A stretch of DNA of 61,401 nt. It comes from an uncultured Rhodospirillales bacterium. GTDB taxonomy: Bacteria > Pseudomonadota > Alphaproteobacteria > Rhodospirillales > JAPHRK01. The notes below the pieces were generated by a model. The model had not been told where the DNA came from. It saw only the letters and a program-made list of their open reading frames with translations, and did no database searches. The stretch is from positions 1 to 61,401 of the forward strand of contig CBDUMN010000006.1 of assembly GCA_965368335.1 (NCBI GenBank), given 5' to 3'. Below, piece after piece: positions 16,261 to 25,751 of the stretch (position 1 is its first letter; every line of letters starts with the position of its first letter). Made by a program: the position numbers and the translations under genes.

Positions 16261-17109
16261 TTATTGGGATGGAGCCGGTGCTGGCTGAGACTTCCTGTGC
16301 AGCACTTTCAAACCGGCGAGAAGCGCCTTTTTCTCAATTAAACGGGCGTCCTGGGTGGGCAGGAAAGCAGTTACGGTGATTTTGATCTTTCCGTCATCTT
16401 TGAAAGTCACCCGGTATTCCGGAGTTGCTCCGGGCAGAGCGATTTCGGCTTTCTTTTCAATCAGGGCCCTGTAGCGTTTCGCCAGTTCGAGGCCATCTGC
16501 CATTTCTTTATTTATGGTCTTCGTCATTGCTTGGGCGATGTCTTCGACCGGGGCGCTGCTTTCAATGACCATATGGATGCGGTGAAAGAGATAGCGTTTG
16601 TAAAACTGCTCATTATGAACCGGGGTAGTCAGGAAAATGCTGTTGGGGAGAATAACCGTCCTGCCGGTAAACTCGTGGGCCTCGTCTCCTTTTCCCAATT
16701 CCTGCAAAGTGGTCGACATGACGTTCTGATCGACGACTTCACCCCGAAAGCCCCCGATTTCGATCCAGTCGCCGACCCGCATCGAGCGGCTGGTTGCTTT
16801 CAGGGTTGCACCGCTGAGGCAGAGGATCAGCTCTTTGGTCGCCAGAATAAGAGCCACGGTAAAGGCGGTTAACGAAAGGGCGAAAGTCCGTAACGCCGGG
16901 GCCCAAATCAAAGCAATGCCGAACAGCAAGATGAAAAACAGAGCGTTCCGCAGGTTCGACAGCATGCGCCGCCGATAATCCGTTTCAAACTTCTCGCGGC
17001 TCAGGAGTTTCCGCGCGCCGAGCTTCACGGCAAAGGCCGCAGCAATCAGAATGCCTGTGCTGGCGATTTGGTTGTCGGTGAGAAGTCCGAAAAACTCTGA
17101 AAGGGTCAT
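16261..17109 (-). CDS. Small-conductance mechanosensitive channel (MscS family)
   Basis: N-terminal TMs followed by RVGDWIEIGGFRGEVVD...LPNS. Confidence 0.88.
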   Translation of the reverse strand: MTLSEFFGLLTDNQIASTGILIAAAFAVKLGARKLLSREKFETDYRRRMLSNLRNALFFILLFGIALIWAPALRTFALSLTAFTVALILATKELILCLSGATLKATSRSMRVGDWIEIGGFRGEVVDQNVMSTTLQELGKGDEAHEFTGRTVILPNSIFLTTPVHNEQFYKRYLFHRIHMVIESSAPVEDIAQAMTKTINKEMADGLELAKRYRALIEKKAEIALPGATPEYRVTFKDDGKIKITVTAFLPTQDARLIEKKALLAGLKVLHRKSQPAPAPSQ

Positions 17110-17251
17110 GGGAGCAACGCACGAATTGCTGTCAAACTATTGAAGCTCTTAAATGAACCGCTACTTTACAAAAAAGAAGTGCGATGGAGAAGGGGCTAAA
17201 AGAGAGCCGCTCATCTTGCTACTCAGCTTGGTTGTCGCGATGCCTTTTGCT

Positions 17252-18310
17252 TTATGGCTTTGGCATGCTGGAGAGTGTCTTTAGTAGTTTCGTGTCTCCA
17301 ACTTGCTGAAGCCTTTTATGCATTTCGCCAATATCGGTTTTTATCGGGTTTCCGTCGTAGCCGAGGCCTAGAGTCCGCCTGTTATGTTTTGGGCCTCGGG
17401 CGATGTTGAGATGCAAAAAGTCCTCTTTGCAGATGCAGCCCTTCTCAAGTCCGCAGGGGTGGTATTCTTCGGCTCTTAGCGAAAGTGAGAAACGTTTGTC
17501 GAGGGCTGATCCCAGCTTTGTTCGCGGTCCACCAACTCGATAGCCTCGGCAGGGGAAAACATCTCCATTCGGCATAATGTGGATGTAGTCGTGTCCTGCT
17601 GAACACTGTAGCCCCCTTGGCGCCCCCCACGCAGTGATTGCGGCTAGCTGAGTATTGATGTCGATATCAAGCTCACATAACGCTTCGGAAGAGTTGTCAT
17701 GCAGGATGGGTATATAAGGTCGAAATGGATAGGCTTCGTTGTTGTTGTAGCCTAAATCGACGTTCATCTGGATGTCGTGATCGCTGCATCGTTTTTTTAG
17801 ATTGATGATCTTTTCGGCATTATCCGGAAAGAGCAAACTATTGACGATGACCTCGACGCCCAAGTCTTGTGCGCACCTAATTTGGTCTATGAACTTTTCT
17901 GCTGAAATTTCTGTGTGATGATAGGTCGCCCAAAGACTTAGCTTTTCGGGCGAGGCTTTATATTCGTTGATCAGTTTTGGCAGACGCTTTGAAAGAAGCG
18001 AGGCGTTCGTAACCAATTCGACGAAGCGAATGTTCTCGCTGTTCGTCATGGCTGCGGCGCCTTCGAGGAATGTCCATGAAACAAAAGGTTCGCCAATCGT
18101 CTGTAGGCGCAGCCCGATTTGATAGGGTTGCCGCCTCAGCCATTTTAATGTTTTTTGGAAAACCCTGGGAGCGTTCTCATTTTCCCATTCCCGGTCGATG
18201 GTGCGGCCGGTTCCTTTGCTCGGCTGCCCGCTTGCGCAATAGGGGCAATCAAAATTGCAAAGGCTCAAACCCGAGACATACCAAACGTTGATAGGGCGGT
18301 TTTGTTCCAT
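17252..18310 (-). CDS. Radical SAM protein with a SPASM/Twitch-like C-terminal domain
   Basis: CNFDCPYC; IGEPF; LVTNAS; CSAG...GDVFPC; CGLEKGCIC. Confidence 0.88.
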   Translation of the reverse strand: MEQNRPINVWYVSGLSLCNFDCPYCASGQPSKGTGRTIDREWENENAPRVFQKTLKWLRRQPYQIGLRLQTIGEPFVSWTFLEGAAAMTNSENIRFVELVTNASLLSKRLPKLINEYKASPEKLSLWATYHHTEISAEKFIDQIRCAQDLGVEVIVNSLLFPDNAEKIINLKKRCSDHDIQMNVDLGYNNNEAYPFRPYIPILHDNSSEALCELDIDINTQLAAITAWGAPRGLQCSAGHDYIHIMPNGDVFPCRGYRVGGPRTKLGSALDKRFSLSLRAEEYHPCGLEKGCICKEDFLHLNIARGPKHNRRTLGLGYDGNPIKTDIGEMHKRLQQVGDTKLLKTLSSMPKP

Positions 18311-18423
18311 TTAGTTCGCTGCCAAAGGCTGTTATTCGTTAGTGGAGCAGTACAGGAGTTGGGGGAATGAAACCAGAGAATAAATAAACTTAAGAGGGGC
18401 GAAGATCGAAAAGACGGTCCAAC

Positions 18424-19044
18424 TCAACTGGCCTCCAGCTTGGCCCTTAAGTTCCGCATTTGTCCGAGCGCCTCTTCTCTCAGCTTGGTCGTGGCGATGC
18501 GTTTTGTTTTCTGGCGGGCCAGTTCCTCCACCGCGCCTTCCATATCTTTGACGCGCTTCTCAAGGTCGCGGTCCAGGTGTTTGAGTTTTGTATCCATCGA
18601 ACGCACACGGGCCATGCGTTCGTCGCGGCGGTTTTTACGGAAACGTTTAAAGGCTTTCCAGGCGCCGTAACTGGTTGCCACGGCCAATAGAGCCATGCCG
18701 CCGCCAAATAGCATTACCGCCTCGATCGTATGATTTTTTGAATTCAGAAAGGCCATCACCGTGCCCCACATGCCAATGGTGACAATTGCCGAAGCCAGGG
18801 CCGCGTAGAGCTTGGTCATGAAAGAATCGTCGCGTCGCCAGTCCCGCTCGTCTTCAAGCAAGGCTGCGACAATTTCGGCCCGTGCGAGGTCTTGCCATTT
18901 CTTAAATGACATGCCGCCTTGTTCCGTGCGGTTTTCGCGAATGAACATTTCAAGGCGTTTGACCACCAGCTCGGCCCGCTCGTCAGGGGTCGGGTTGTGG
19001 AACTTGCTCCTGAAATCCAGTGTTTCCGGGGTCATTTTGTTCAC
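18424..19044 (-). CDS. Hypothetical membrane protein (2 TM plus coiled coil)
   Basis: Two hydrophobic helices and a charged C-terminus. GTG 19044 chosen for its AAGGAG SD; the ORF extends to 19071. Confidence 0.75.
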   Translation of the reverse strand: MNKMTPETLDFRSKFHNPTPDERAELVVKRLEMFIRENRTEQGGMSFKKWQDLARAEIVAALLEDERDWRRDDSFMTKLYAALASAIVTIGMWGTVMAFLNSKNHTIEAVMLFGGGMALLAVATSYGAWKAFKRFRKNRRDERMARVRSMDTKLKHLDRDLEKRVKDMEGAVEELARQKTKRIATTKLREEALGQMRNLRAKLEAS

Positions 19045-19168
19045 GACATACTCCTTCCAATATGGAAGCATATGAGTTGGGAGTTAAGAATCCATTGTCG
19101 ATGTAAATGTTCGTAAATCGCCCTTTCTTCCCGTAGCTGTTGGTCTATGTTGACGACAACGAATTAAA

Positions 19169-19179
19169 TTGTCATACAA
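19169..19179 (+). promoter_or_regulatory. Possible GntR/FadR-family operator upstream of gabD
   Basis: TTGT-CAT-ACAA palindrome, downstream of a TTGACG -35-like hexamer. Confidence 0.4.
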
Positions 19180-19199
19180 ATAGATAAAACGGGGGCGTT

Positions 19200-20627
19200 A
19201 TGTTCATCGACGGAAAATGGTGCGAAGCCGATAGCGGTAAAACCTTCGATGTGTTCAATCCGGCCAATGGCGAGAAGATTGCCGAGGTGCCCGATGGTGG
19301 CGCTTCAGAAGCCATCCGTGCGGTCGAGGCGGCTGATGCGGCCTTTGGCGAGTGGTCTCAAACCACGGCCTACCAGCGCGCAGCTTTTCTGATGCGGGCC
19401 CATGCGTTGATGATCGAGCGCAAAGAAGAGCTGGCGCGAACCATGACCGAAGAGCAGGGCAAGCCGCTGAAAGCTTCGCGCAACGAAGTTCAGTATGGCG
19501 CCGATTTTCTTCAGTGGTTCGCCGAGGAGGCTAAACGGGTCAATGGATCGGTTTTGCCATCGGCGCGTTCCGATCAACGCTTCATCGTCCTTAAGCAGCC
19601 GGTTGGCGTTGTCGCTGCCGTAACGCCCTGGAACTATCCTATTTCGATGATCACCCGTAAGGTTGCCCCGGCTTTGGCGGCAGGCTGTACGGTTGTTCTG
19701 AAACCAGCTGAAGCCACGCCTATGTGCGCCATCGCCATGTTTAAAATTTTTGAAGAGGCGGGGCTTCCTCAAGGCGTGGTCAACCTCGTTACCGGGCTCG
19801 ATCCCAAGCCTATCGGTTCGGTTTTCACCAGTCATCGTGCGGTGCGCAAGCTGACCTTCACCGGTTCGACGGCTGTAGGCAAAATGCTGGCCGGAGAAGC
19901 CGCCAAGGGGATGAAGCGCATCTCGTTGGAACTGGGTGGTCATGCGCCGTTTATTGTTTTTGAAGATGCCGACCCGGAACACGCCGCAAAGGGTGGTTCT
20001 TTGGTTAAGTTTCTCAATACCGGCCAAGCCTGTATCAGCCCCAACCGTTTTCTCGTTCATCGTAGTCTGATTGAGAAATTTACCGAGACCATGACGGCCA
20101 GAGTCGCCAAGATGAAGGCCGGAAGCGGTTTTGAGGATGGTGTCGCCATTGGCCCGTTGGTCAATCAGGCGGCAATCGATAAAGTCGATAATCAGGTTCG
20201 CGACGCTCTTGCCAAAGGGGCGACCGCAACGACTGGCGGCGGTCCACTGACCGAAGGCGCTTTGGCAAGCGGTAAGTTTTATGCGCCGACGGTTCTGGCC
20301 GACGTAACGCCCGAAATGCTGATCTACCGTGAAGAAACTTTTGGGCCCGTGGCGGCGATTGTTCCGTTCGATACGGAAGAAGAAGCCATTGCCATGGCCA
20401 ACGACACCGAATATGGGCTTGCCGCCTATATCTATACCCGCGATATCAGTCGGGCCATGCGGACTTTCGAACGCCTGAGATTCGGCATTATCGGGATTAA
20501 CGACATCAACCCGACCTCTGCAGCCGCTCCATTCGGTGGCATGAAGGATAGCGGTATGGGTCGTGAGGGGGCTGAAGAAGGGATCGAGGAATACCTTGAA
20601 ACCAAGTTGGGCGGTTTCTCGATTTAA
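19200..20627 (+). CDS. gabD: NAD(P)-dependent succinate-semialdehyde dehydrogenase
   Basis: TPWNYP, FTGSTAVG, LELGGHAP, GQAC, EETFGP. Confidence 0.88.
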   Translation: MFIDGKWCEADSGKTFDVFNPANGEKIAEVPDGGASEAIRAVEAADAAFGEWSQTTAYQRAAFLMRAHALMIERKEELARTMTEEQGKPLKASRNEVQYGADFLQWFAEEAKRVNGSVLPSARSDQRFIVLKQPVGVVAAVTPWNYPISMITRKVAPALAAGCTVVLKPAEATPMCAIAMFKIFEEAGLPQGVVNLVTGLDPKPIGSVFTSHRAVRKLTFTGSTAVGKMLAGEAAKGMKRISLELGGHAPFIVFEDADPEHAAKGGSLVKFLNTGQACISPNRFLVHRSLIEKFTETMTARVAKMKAGSGFEDGVAIGPLVNQAAIDKVDNQVRDALAKGATATTGGGPLTEGALASGKFYAPTVLADVTPEMLIYREETFGPVAAIVPFDTEEEAIAMANDTEYGLAAYIYTRDISRAMRTFERLRFGIIGINDINPTSAAAPFGGMKDSGMGREGAEEGIEEYLETKLGGFSI

Positions 20628-20847
20628 GAGAAGTAATTTTCAGCTTTTGTTGCGGTTTTCCCCCCTTTTGTCCGTAAGTTCAACTCTTTGAACGGACAGG
20701 AAGGGGGAGTCGTGTCCCCTTAAATCCTTGTGATACTATACCCTGTGGATGAAAAGGTCCTGAGCTTAACGAGGCCTTGGTTCATGGTGCGTTTTAGTTT
20801 ATTTGTAAAACGCCAACAATGATGCAGGGTTGCAAGGGAGCCGTGCA

Positions 20848-21912
20848 ATGGCGCTTCTCCGCCACGACATAGATGACTTGCTGAGAGACCGCCCGCCCTT
20901 GGAGCGGGCGATGGCTGTTCGCAAGGTCGCCGCTGAGGTTGAGGCGCAGGAGCTTTCCGAAAAAGAGTTGGAATTGGCCAACAGTATTTTCCAGGTCCTT
21001 GCCAAGGATGTGGAAGTTGATGTGCGCAAAGCGCTTTCTGAAACCCTGAAGAACAGCTCCAAAATTTCTCATGACTTGGCTCTGACCATGGCCGAAGACG
21101 TAGCGGAAGTTTCTCTGCCGGTTCTAGAATGTTCAGAAATTTTGACGACGGGAGATTTGGTCTTTCTCGTTCGTACATGCGAAGAAAGCCAGCAGATGGC
21201 TATCGCCAGACGCAAAAAGGTGCCTGAGGCACTCTCCGATGTGCTCGTCGATACGGGCAGGCGTAATGTGGTCCATACGCTCATCGGTAATCATGGCGCA
21301 GATATCTCGGCGAACGCCTGTGAACGTGTTCTGGATGCTTACGATGGCGATTTGGGAATTGCGGAAAAACTTGCTGATCGGCCGCAATTGCCTGTCGATG
21401 TCGCTGAACGGCTGATCGCTGTGGTTTCCGACAAATTGAAAGTAGCTCTTGCTTCGCGTTACGACCTTAAGGACGATTTGGTTGAAGAAGTGGTCTTGGA
21501 GGGGCGGGACCGTGCTGTCGCTAGCCTTCTGGCTTCTGCCGACGAACCTGAACGCGATATTGAGGCGCTGATCGATCAGATGTACGAACGGGGACGTTTG
21601 ACGACCCACATTATCATTAAAGCGCTCAATGTGGAGGACCTGGAGTTTTTCGAACACGCCCTTGCCAAACGCGCCAATGTTAAACTGAAGAACGTTCGGG
21701 TGTTGCTGACCGATAAAGGGCAACATGGGTTCTTAGCGCTCTATAAGCAGGCCGGATTGCCCATGGAGGAATTTGATTGGGCGAATGAAAAGCGCGAAGT
21801 GGCTTATAGGTTAAAGTCGGGTAAAACCGTTTACCTGGGAACCAGCGGTTCGGATGATACAGACGAAGGAATAGACATGGTCACGGACGATTCCTGGCTT
21901 GATCTTTCATAA
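20848..21912 (+). CDS. DUF2336 domain protein (SpbR-like)
   Basis: VRKALSETLK...LAL..D..EVSLPVL..S..L...DL...AIARR pattern; AGGGAG SD. Confidence 0.85.
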   Translation: MALLRHDIDDLLRDRPPLERAMAVRKVAAEVEAQELSEKELELANSIFQVLAKDVEVDVRKALSETLKNSSKISHDLALTMAEDVAEVSLPVLECSEILTTGDLVFLVRTCEESQQMAIARRKKVPEALSDVLVDTGRRNVVHTLIGNHGADISANACERVLDAYDGDLGIAEKLADRPQLPVDVAERLIAVVSDKLKVALASRYDLKDDLVEEVVLEGRDRAVASLLASADEPERDIEALIDQMYERGRLTTHIIIKALNVEDLEFFEHALAKRANVKLKNVRVLLTDKGQHGFLALYKQAGLPMEEFDWANEKREVAYRLKSGKTVYLGTSGSDDTDEGIDMVTDDSWLDLS

Positions 21913-21938
21913 CCCAAAGAACCTCAAGCGAAGGATGT

Positions 21939-21964
21939 AGCCCGGCCTTGCCGGGTTTTGTTTT
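21939..21964 (+). terminator. Rho-independent terminator
   Basis: GCCCGGC-CTT-GCCGGGT followed by TTTGTTTT. Confidence 0.6.
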
Positions 21965-22049
21965 GCCGTCTTTCCTTGAGGGGCTCCCTGTGGCAATTTA
22001 AGCTCTCGCGTTTGCCGCGCCGGAAGATTTGAAATGGGTGAGGAAAAGT

Positions 22050-22535
22050 ATGAGTAAGTGGGACGTTCGCTTTTTGAAGCTGGCCCATGAGGTTGCCAGT
22101 TGGTCTAAAGACCGCTCGACCAAGGTTGGCGCAGTGATGGTTCATCCTGATCGGACTCCAGGCCCTTATGGATACAACGGTTTTCCTCGCGCAGTTGATG
22201 ACGACCAGGACGAGCGCCATGAACGCCCGAACAAGTACGATTGGACGGAACATGCCGAGCGAAACGCCATCTACAATGCTGCGCGCGTTGGGGCCGCCGT
22301 CGAGGGGTGCTCGATTTACGTCACTCATTTTCCCTGTGTCGATTGCACCCGAGCGATTATTCAGGTGGGGATTAAACGAGTGATCGTCGATAAGGCAAGC
22401 TTAAGTGGCGACTTTGGCGAGCGTTGGCAGGATGGTCGCGGGGTTTCTGCCCAGATGTTTGAAGAGGCGGGGGTTGAGGTTGCGCTTGTCGATATGCCTG
22501 ACGACTATCTCCCTCCCGAAAATAACGAAGACTAA
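22050..22535 (+). CDS. dCMP deaminase family protein
   Basis: SKDRSTKVGA, GYNGFP, HAERNAI, PCVDC. Confidence 0.92.
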   Translation: MSKWDVRFLKLAHEVASWSKDRSTKVGAVMVHPDRTPGPYGYNGFPRAVDDDQDERHERPNKYDWTEHAERNAIYNAARVGAAVEGCSIYVTHFPCVDCTRAIIQVGIKRVIVDKASLSGDFGERWQDGRGVSAQMFEEAGVEVALVDMPDDYLPPENNED

Positions 22536-23305
22536 TGTGCGAACTCCTTGGGCTGAACGCCAACGTTCCGACCGACATTTGTTTTAGCTTTACTGGCCTG
22601 ATGCAGCGGGGCGGTGTGACGGGACCCCATAAGGATGGTTGGGGGGTGGCCTTCTACGATGGCCGTGCTTGTCGGGCTTTTCACGATCCCAATCCAAGCT
22701 CGGACTCAGAGATTGCCCGTTTGGTCAGCAACTACTCGATCAAGAGCCTCAATGTCGTTTGCCACATTCGCCAGGCCACTCACGGTCGGGTTTGTTTGGA
22801 AAATACCCATCCCTTTACCCGCGAACTTTGGGGGCGGAGTTGGACCTTTGCCCATAATGGCAAGCTCAAGGGCATCAAACGCTGGCCGCTAAACCATTAC
22901 AAGCCCATCGGCACAACGGATAGCGAATATGCCTTTTGCTGGCTGCTCGACCGGATCCGTGAGCGATTTCCCAATCCTCCCGCTCGGCGTGAGACTGTTT
23001 GGCGCTTTATCGCTAAAATGGCGAAAAAGCTTGATGAGCAAGGGGTGTTCAATTTCCTGCTCTGTGATTCCAATGCGCTGATTACCTATTGCAGCACCAA
23101 ACTGGCGTTTCTAACCCGCCGGGCGCCGTTTGGGGCGGCGACTTTGCTGGACAAGGAGATGGTGCTGGATTTTAGCGAGATCACATCGCCTGAGGATGTG
23201 GTTACGGTTATCGCAACCCGGCCGCTCACTGCCGATGAAGATTGGACTGTGATCGACCCCGGAACCGTGACCATCTTTCAAGATGGTCTGCCCAAAACGC
23301 TCTGA
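22535..23305 (+). CDS. yafJ: Class II glutamine amidotransferase (YafJ/DUG3 family)
   Basis: MCELL N-terminal Cys, DGWG, HIRQAT, NTHPF, AHNG, GTTDSE. Confidence 0.9.
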   Translation: MCELLGLNANVPTDICFSFTGLMQRGGVTGPHKDGWGVAFYDGRACRAFHDPNPSSDSEIARLVSNYSIKSLNVVCHIRQATHGRVCLENTHPFTRELWGRSWTFAHNGKLKGIKRWPLNHYKPIGTTDSEYAFCWLLDRIRERFPNPPARRETVWRFIAKMAKKLDEQGVFNFLLCDSNALITYCSTKLAFLTRRAPFGAATLLDKEMVLDFSEITSPEDVVTVIATRPLTADEDWTVIDPGTVTIFQDGLPKTL

Positions 23306-23371
23306 TCTGGATTTTACTCTCTGTTCTAAATATCATCAGAAGTGTTTGATGAATTTACAGAAAGTAAAGTT

Positions 23372-24145
23372 ATGGAGTCTGTTGACGTTGATGGAATAAC
23401 TCTTGAGTGCCGTTGGTGTGGGCCTGTAAGAGAGCCGGAAAAACCGGTGCTTGTCTTTCTTCATGAGGGGCTAGGTTGCGTTGGTCTGTGGAAAGATTTT
23501 CCCGATCTTATTGCTGAGGCTTGCGGTCTCCCAGCTCTTATTTTCTCTCGCCAAGGATATGGAAAATCAGACCCCATTCCTCTGCCGAGACCGGTGAGTT
23601 TTATGCATCATGAAGGCCTGAAGGTTCTTCCAGGCTTTCTTGATGCATTGAAGATCAGCGAGGCCATTCTGATCGGGCACAGCGATGGGGCCTCCATTTC
23701 GCTCATTCACGCTGGAAGCGGTGAAGCGACGGCTGTGAAAGGGTTGGTGTTGGAGGCTCCTCATGTTTTCGTTGAGCCTGAAACTCTGGCAGGGATCAGA
23801 GATGCCAAGAAAGCTTATGAAGAGGGTGGCTTAAGGGATGGATTGCAACGTTACCATGGGGACAATGTGGATTGCGCTTTCTGGGGATGGAATGGCGTTT
23901 GGCTAAACCCGGACTTTGAGCGGTGGAATATTGAGGCGTATCTGTCGGGGGTTGAGGTGCCGACATTGGTCATACAGGGTGAGAACGATGAATACGGCAC
24001 CGCGGCCCAGGTCGAGGCAATCGTCCGTCAGGCTCCTGGTCCCGTCGAAACCCGGATGCTTCCCGACTGTGGCCATGCTCCCCATGTTCAGCAACGAGAC
24101 AAGGTTGCCGAAGCCATAGTTCAATTTATCGGTAAGCTTTTATAG
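23372..24145 (+). CDS. Alpha/beta hydrolase
   Basis: LHEGLG, GHSDG, QGENDEYG, GHAPH. Confidence 0.9.
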   Translation: MESVDVDGITLECRWCGPVREPEKPVLVFLHEGLGCVGLWKDFPDLIAEACGLPALIFSRQGYGKSDPIPLPRPVSFMHHEGLKVLPGFLDALKISEAILIGHSDGASISLIHAGSGEATAVKGLVLEAPHVFVEPETLAGIRDAKKAYEEGGLRDGLQRYHGDNVDCAFWGWNGVWLNPDFERWNIEAYLSGVEVPTLVIQGENDEYGTAAQVEAIVRQAPGPVETRMLPDCGHAPHVQQRDKVAEAIVQFIGKLL

Positions 24146-24155
24146 TGTTTGTTGA

Positions 24156-25499
24156 TTAGGCCGCTTGCGGGTCGGAAACCCGGAAGGTGTTTTTGCCGGA
24201 GTTTTTGGCTTCGTACATCGCATCATCTGCTTTCTTCAAGAGGGTCGACGCATTGTCGCCATCTTCCGGGAAGTTGGAAATACCAATGCTTGCGCCGAGT
24301 CGCGCCGTCTCGCCGCTTTTGATGGAGACTGGTTCCGAAAGTGAGGCGATGATCGCTTGGGCCAATCCTTCCGCATCGGTTCGCCGGTCTCCATCGCCAA
24401 CCAAAATAACGAATTCATCACCGCCGGTACGCGCCACGGTGTCGTTTTCGTTTGCCGCGGCTTTCAAGCGGTTGGCGACCTCGATGAGGACGCTGTCGCC
24501 GGCTTCATGCCCCAATGTGTCGTTGACTTCTTTAAAGCCGTCGAGATCGATGAAAAGCAGTGAAAACCTCTCTTCGGTTTGGCTGGCCCGACTCAAGGCC
24601 ATGGAGATACGGTCCATCAAAAGCCCCCGGTTGGGTAGGTCGGTCAGAATATCGTGGCTGGCGATATGCATCAGGCGGCTTTGCGCTCTGCGCCGTTCGG
24701 CCACTTCGTCCATCAGTTCCTTGGTTCGTTCCTCGACCCGTTTTTCCAAATATTTGTTGGCCTCGTGCAACTCATGGACGGCGGCGTTGTGCTCGGTAAT
24801 ATCCCGTGCCTCAATCATGATTTTGTTGGCGAGTAGGCCATCGAGCGCGATGATCGCCACTTCCACGTCGAGGTAGTGGCCATCACGGCAGGCGAGGCGA
24901 GCCGGAAAGACGTTTTCTTCTTCTACGAGTTCTTTGATGCCGTCCTTAAAAATGTGTTCGTAATCGGGATGGAAAAGCTCCCAGAATGGTTGCCCGACGA
25001 GAGTTGACCCTTCTTTGATTTTTAAAAGCTTAGCGCCCGCCTTGTTGATGAAGGTGATCCGGCCGTCTTCGCTTAGACAAATGAGATCGAGCGCCATGTT
25101 GACCAGTTTGCGGTATTGTTCTTCCTGGCGTTTCATCATTTCCGAAACGCGTGTCCGCTGGGTGATGTCTCGGGCTACGATGATGAAAAAACCCTCACCG
25201 ATCTCTGGCGCTGCAGAGATCTTCAACTCGACATCGTATTCCTGTCCGCATTTTGAAACGAGTTTGGCCGGAATAATTTCCCCTGTCTCCGCCAAACCGG
25301 GAAGTTCGTCGGACAGAACATCCCGATAAGGCTCGGTTACGAAATCGGCAATATTTTGACCTATGAGGGCATCGGGGGATTGACCGAGAAGATTTGCGCC
25401 AGGTTGGTTAATGGCGACAACGCGATTCTCTTGGCACAGGCAGGCCAAGTGAAAGCTATGCTTAAATATTTCGAACTGTTTCTGGGCTGACAGTTCCAT
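24156..25499 (-). CDS. PAS-PAS-GGDEF diguanylate cyclase
   Basis: HDILTDLPNR, DLDGFKEVND, GGDEF, ADDAMYEAK. Confidence 0.93.
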   Translation of the reverse strand: MELSAQKQFEIFKHSFHLACLCQENRVVAINQPGANLLGQSPDALIGQNIADFVTEPYRDVLSDELPGLAETGEIIPAKLVSKCGQEYDVELKISAAPEIGEGFFIIVARDITQRTRVSEMMKRQEEQYRKLVNMALDLICLSEDGRITFINKAGAKLLKIKEGSTLVGQPFWELFHPDYEHIFKDGIKELVEEENVFPARLACRDGHYLDVEVAIIALDGLLANKIMIEARDITEHNAAVHELHEANKYLEKRVEERTKELMDEVAERRRAQSRLMHIASHDILTDLPNRGLLMDRISMALSRASQTEERFSLLFIDLDGFKEVNDTLGHEAGDSVLIEVANRLKAAANENDTVARTGGDEFVILVGDGDRRTDAEGLAQAIIASLSEPVSIKSGETARLGASIGISNFPEDGDNASTLLKKADDAMYEAKNSGKNTFRVSDPQAA

Positions 25500-25751
25500 A
25501 GTTCCATCCGCCTCTTGGTGTTTTTCCCTCAGAGGATGCTTCTTGTTTCTAGAGTGAAATCAGGGGGTGTATTTTTTCTGTCCCTAACCATCTCTGTATG
25601 AGAAACTGTTGTTAAAATAGTAGCTTACTTGGGTCTGAGTCTACGTTCCATTCGTATAATTTGGCGAAGTGAAACGAAGACTTCTTTGCCCTTGGAGGGA
25701 AACGCCCCAAGTAAATGAGGCGCAGCTCAAACATTCCGGGTGTTTTGCCGA

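Noticed and set aside
17110-18423. RiPP precursor peptide beside the radical SAM gene
   Set aside because: The flanks are only about 110-140 bp and show no credible small ORF with an SD.
20760-20812. CtrA box upstream of the DUF2336 gene
   Set aside because: Only partial matches (TTAA-N7-TTGG, TTAG-N7-GTAA), too weak to call.
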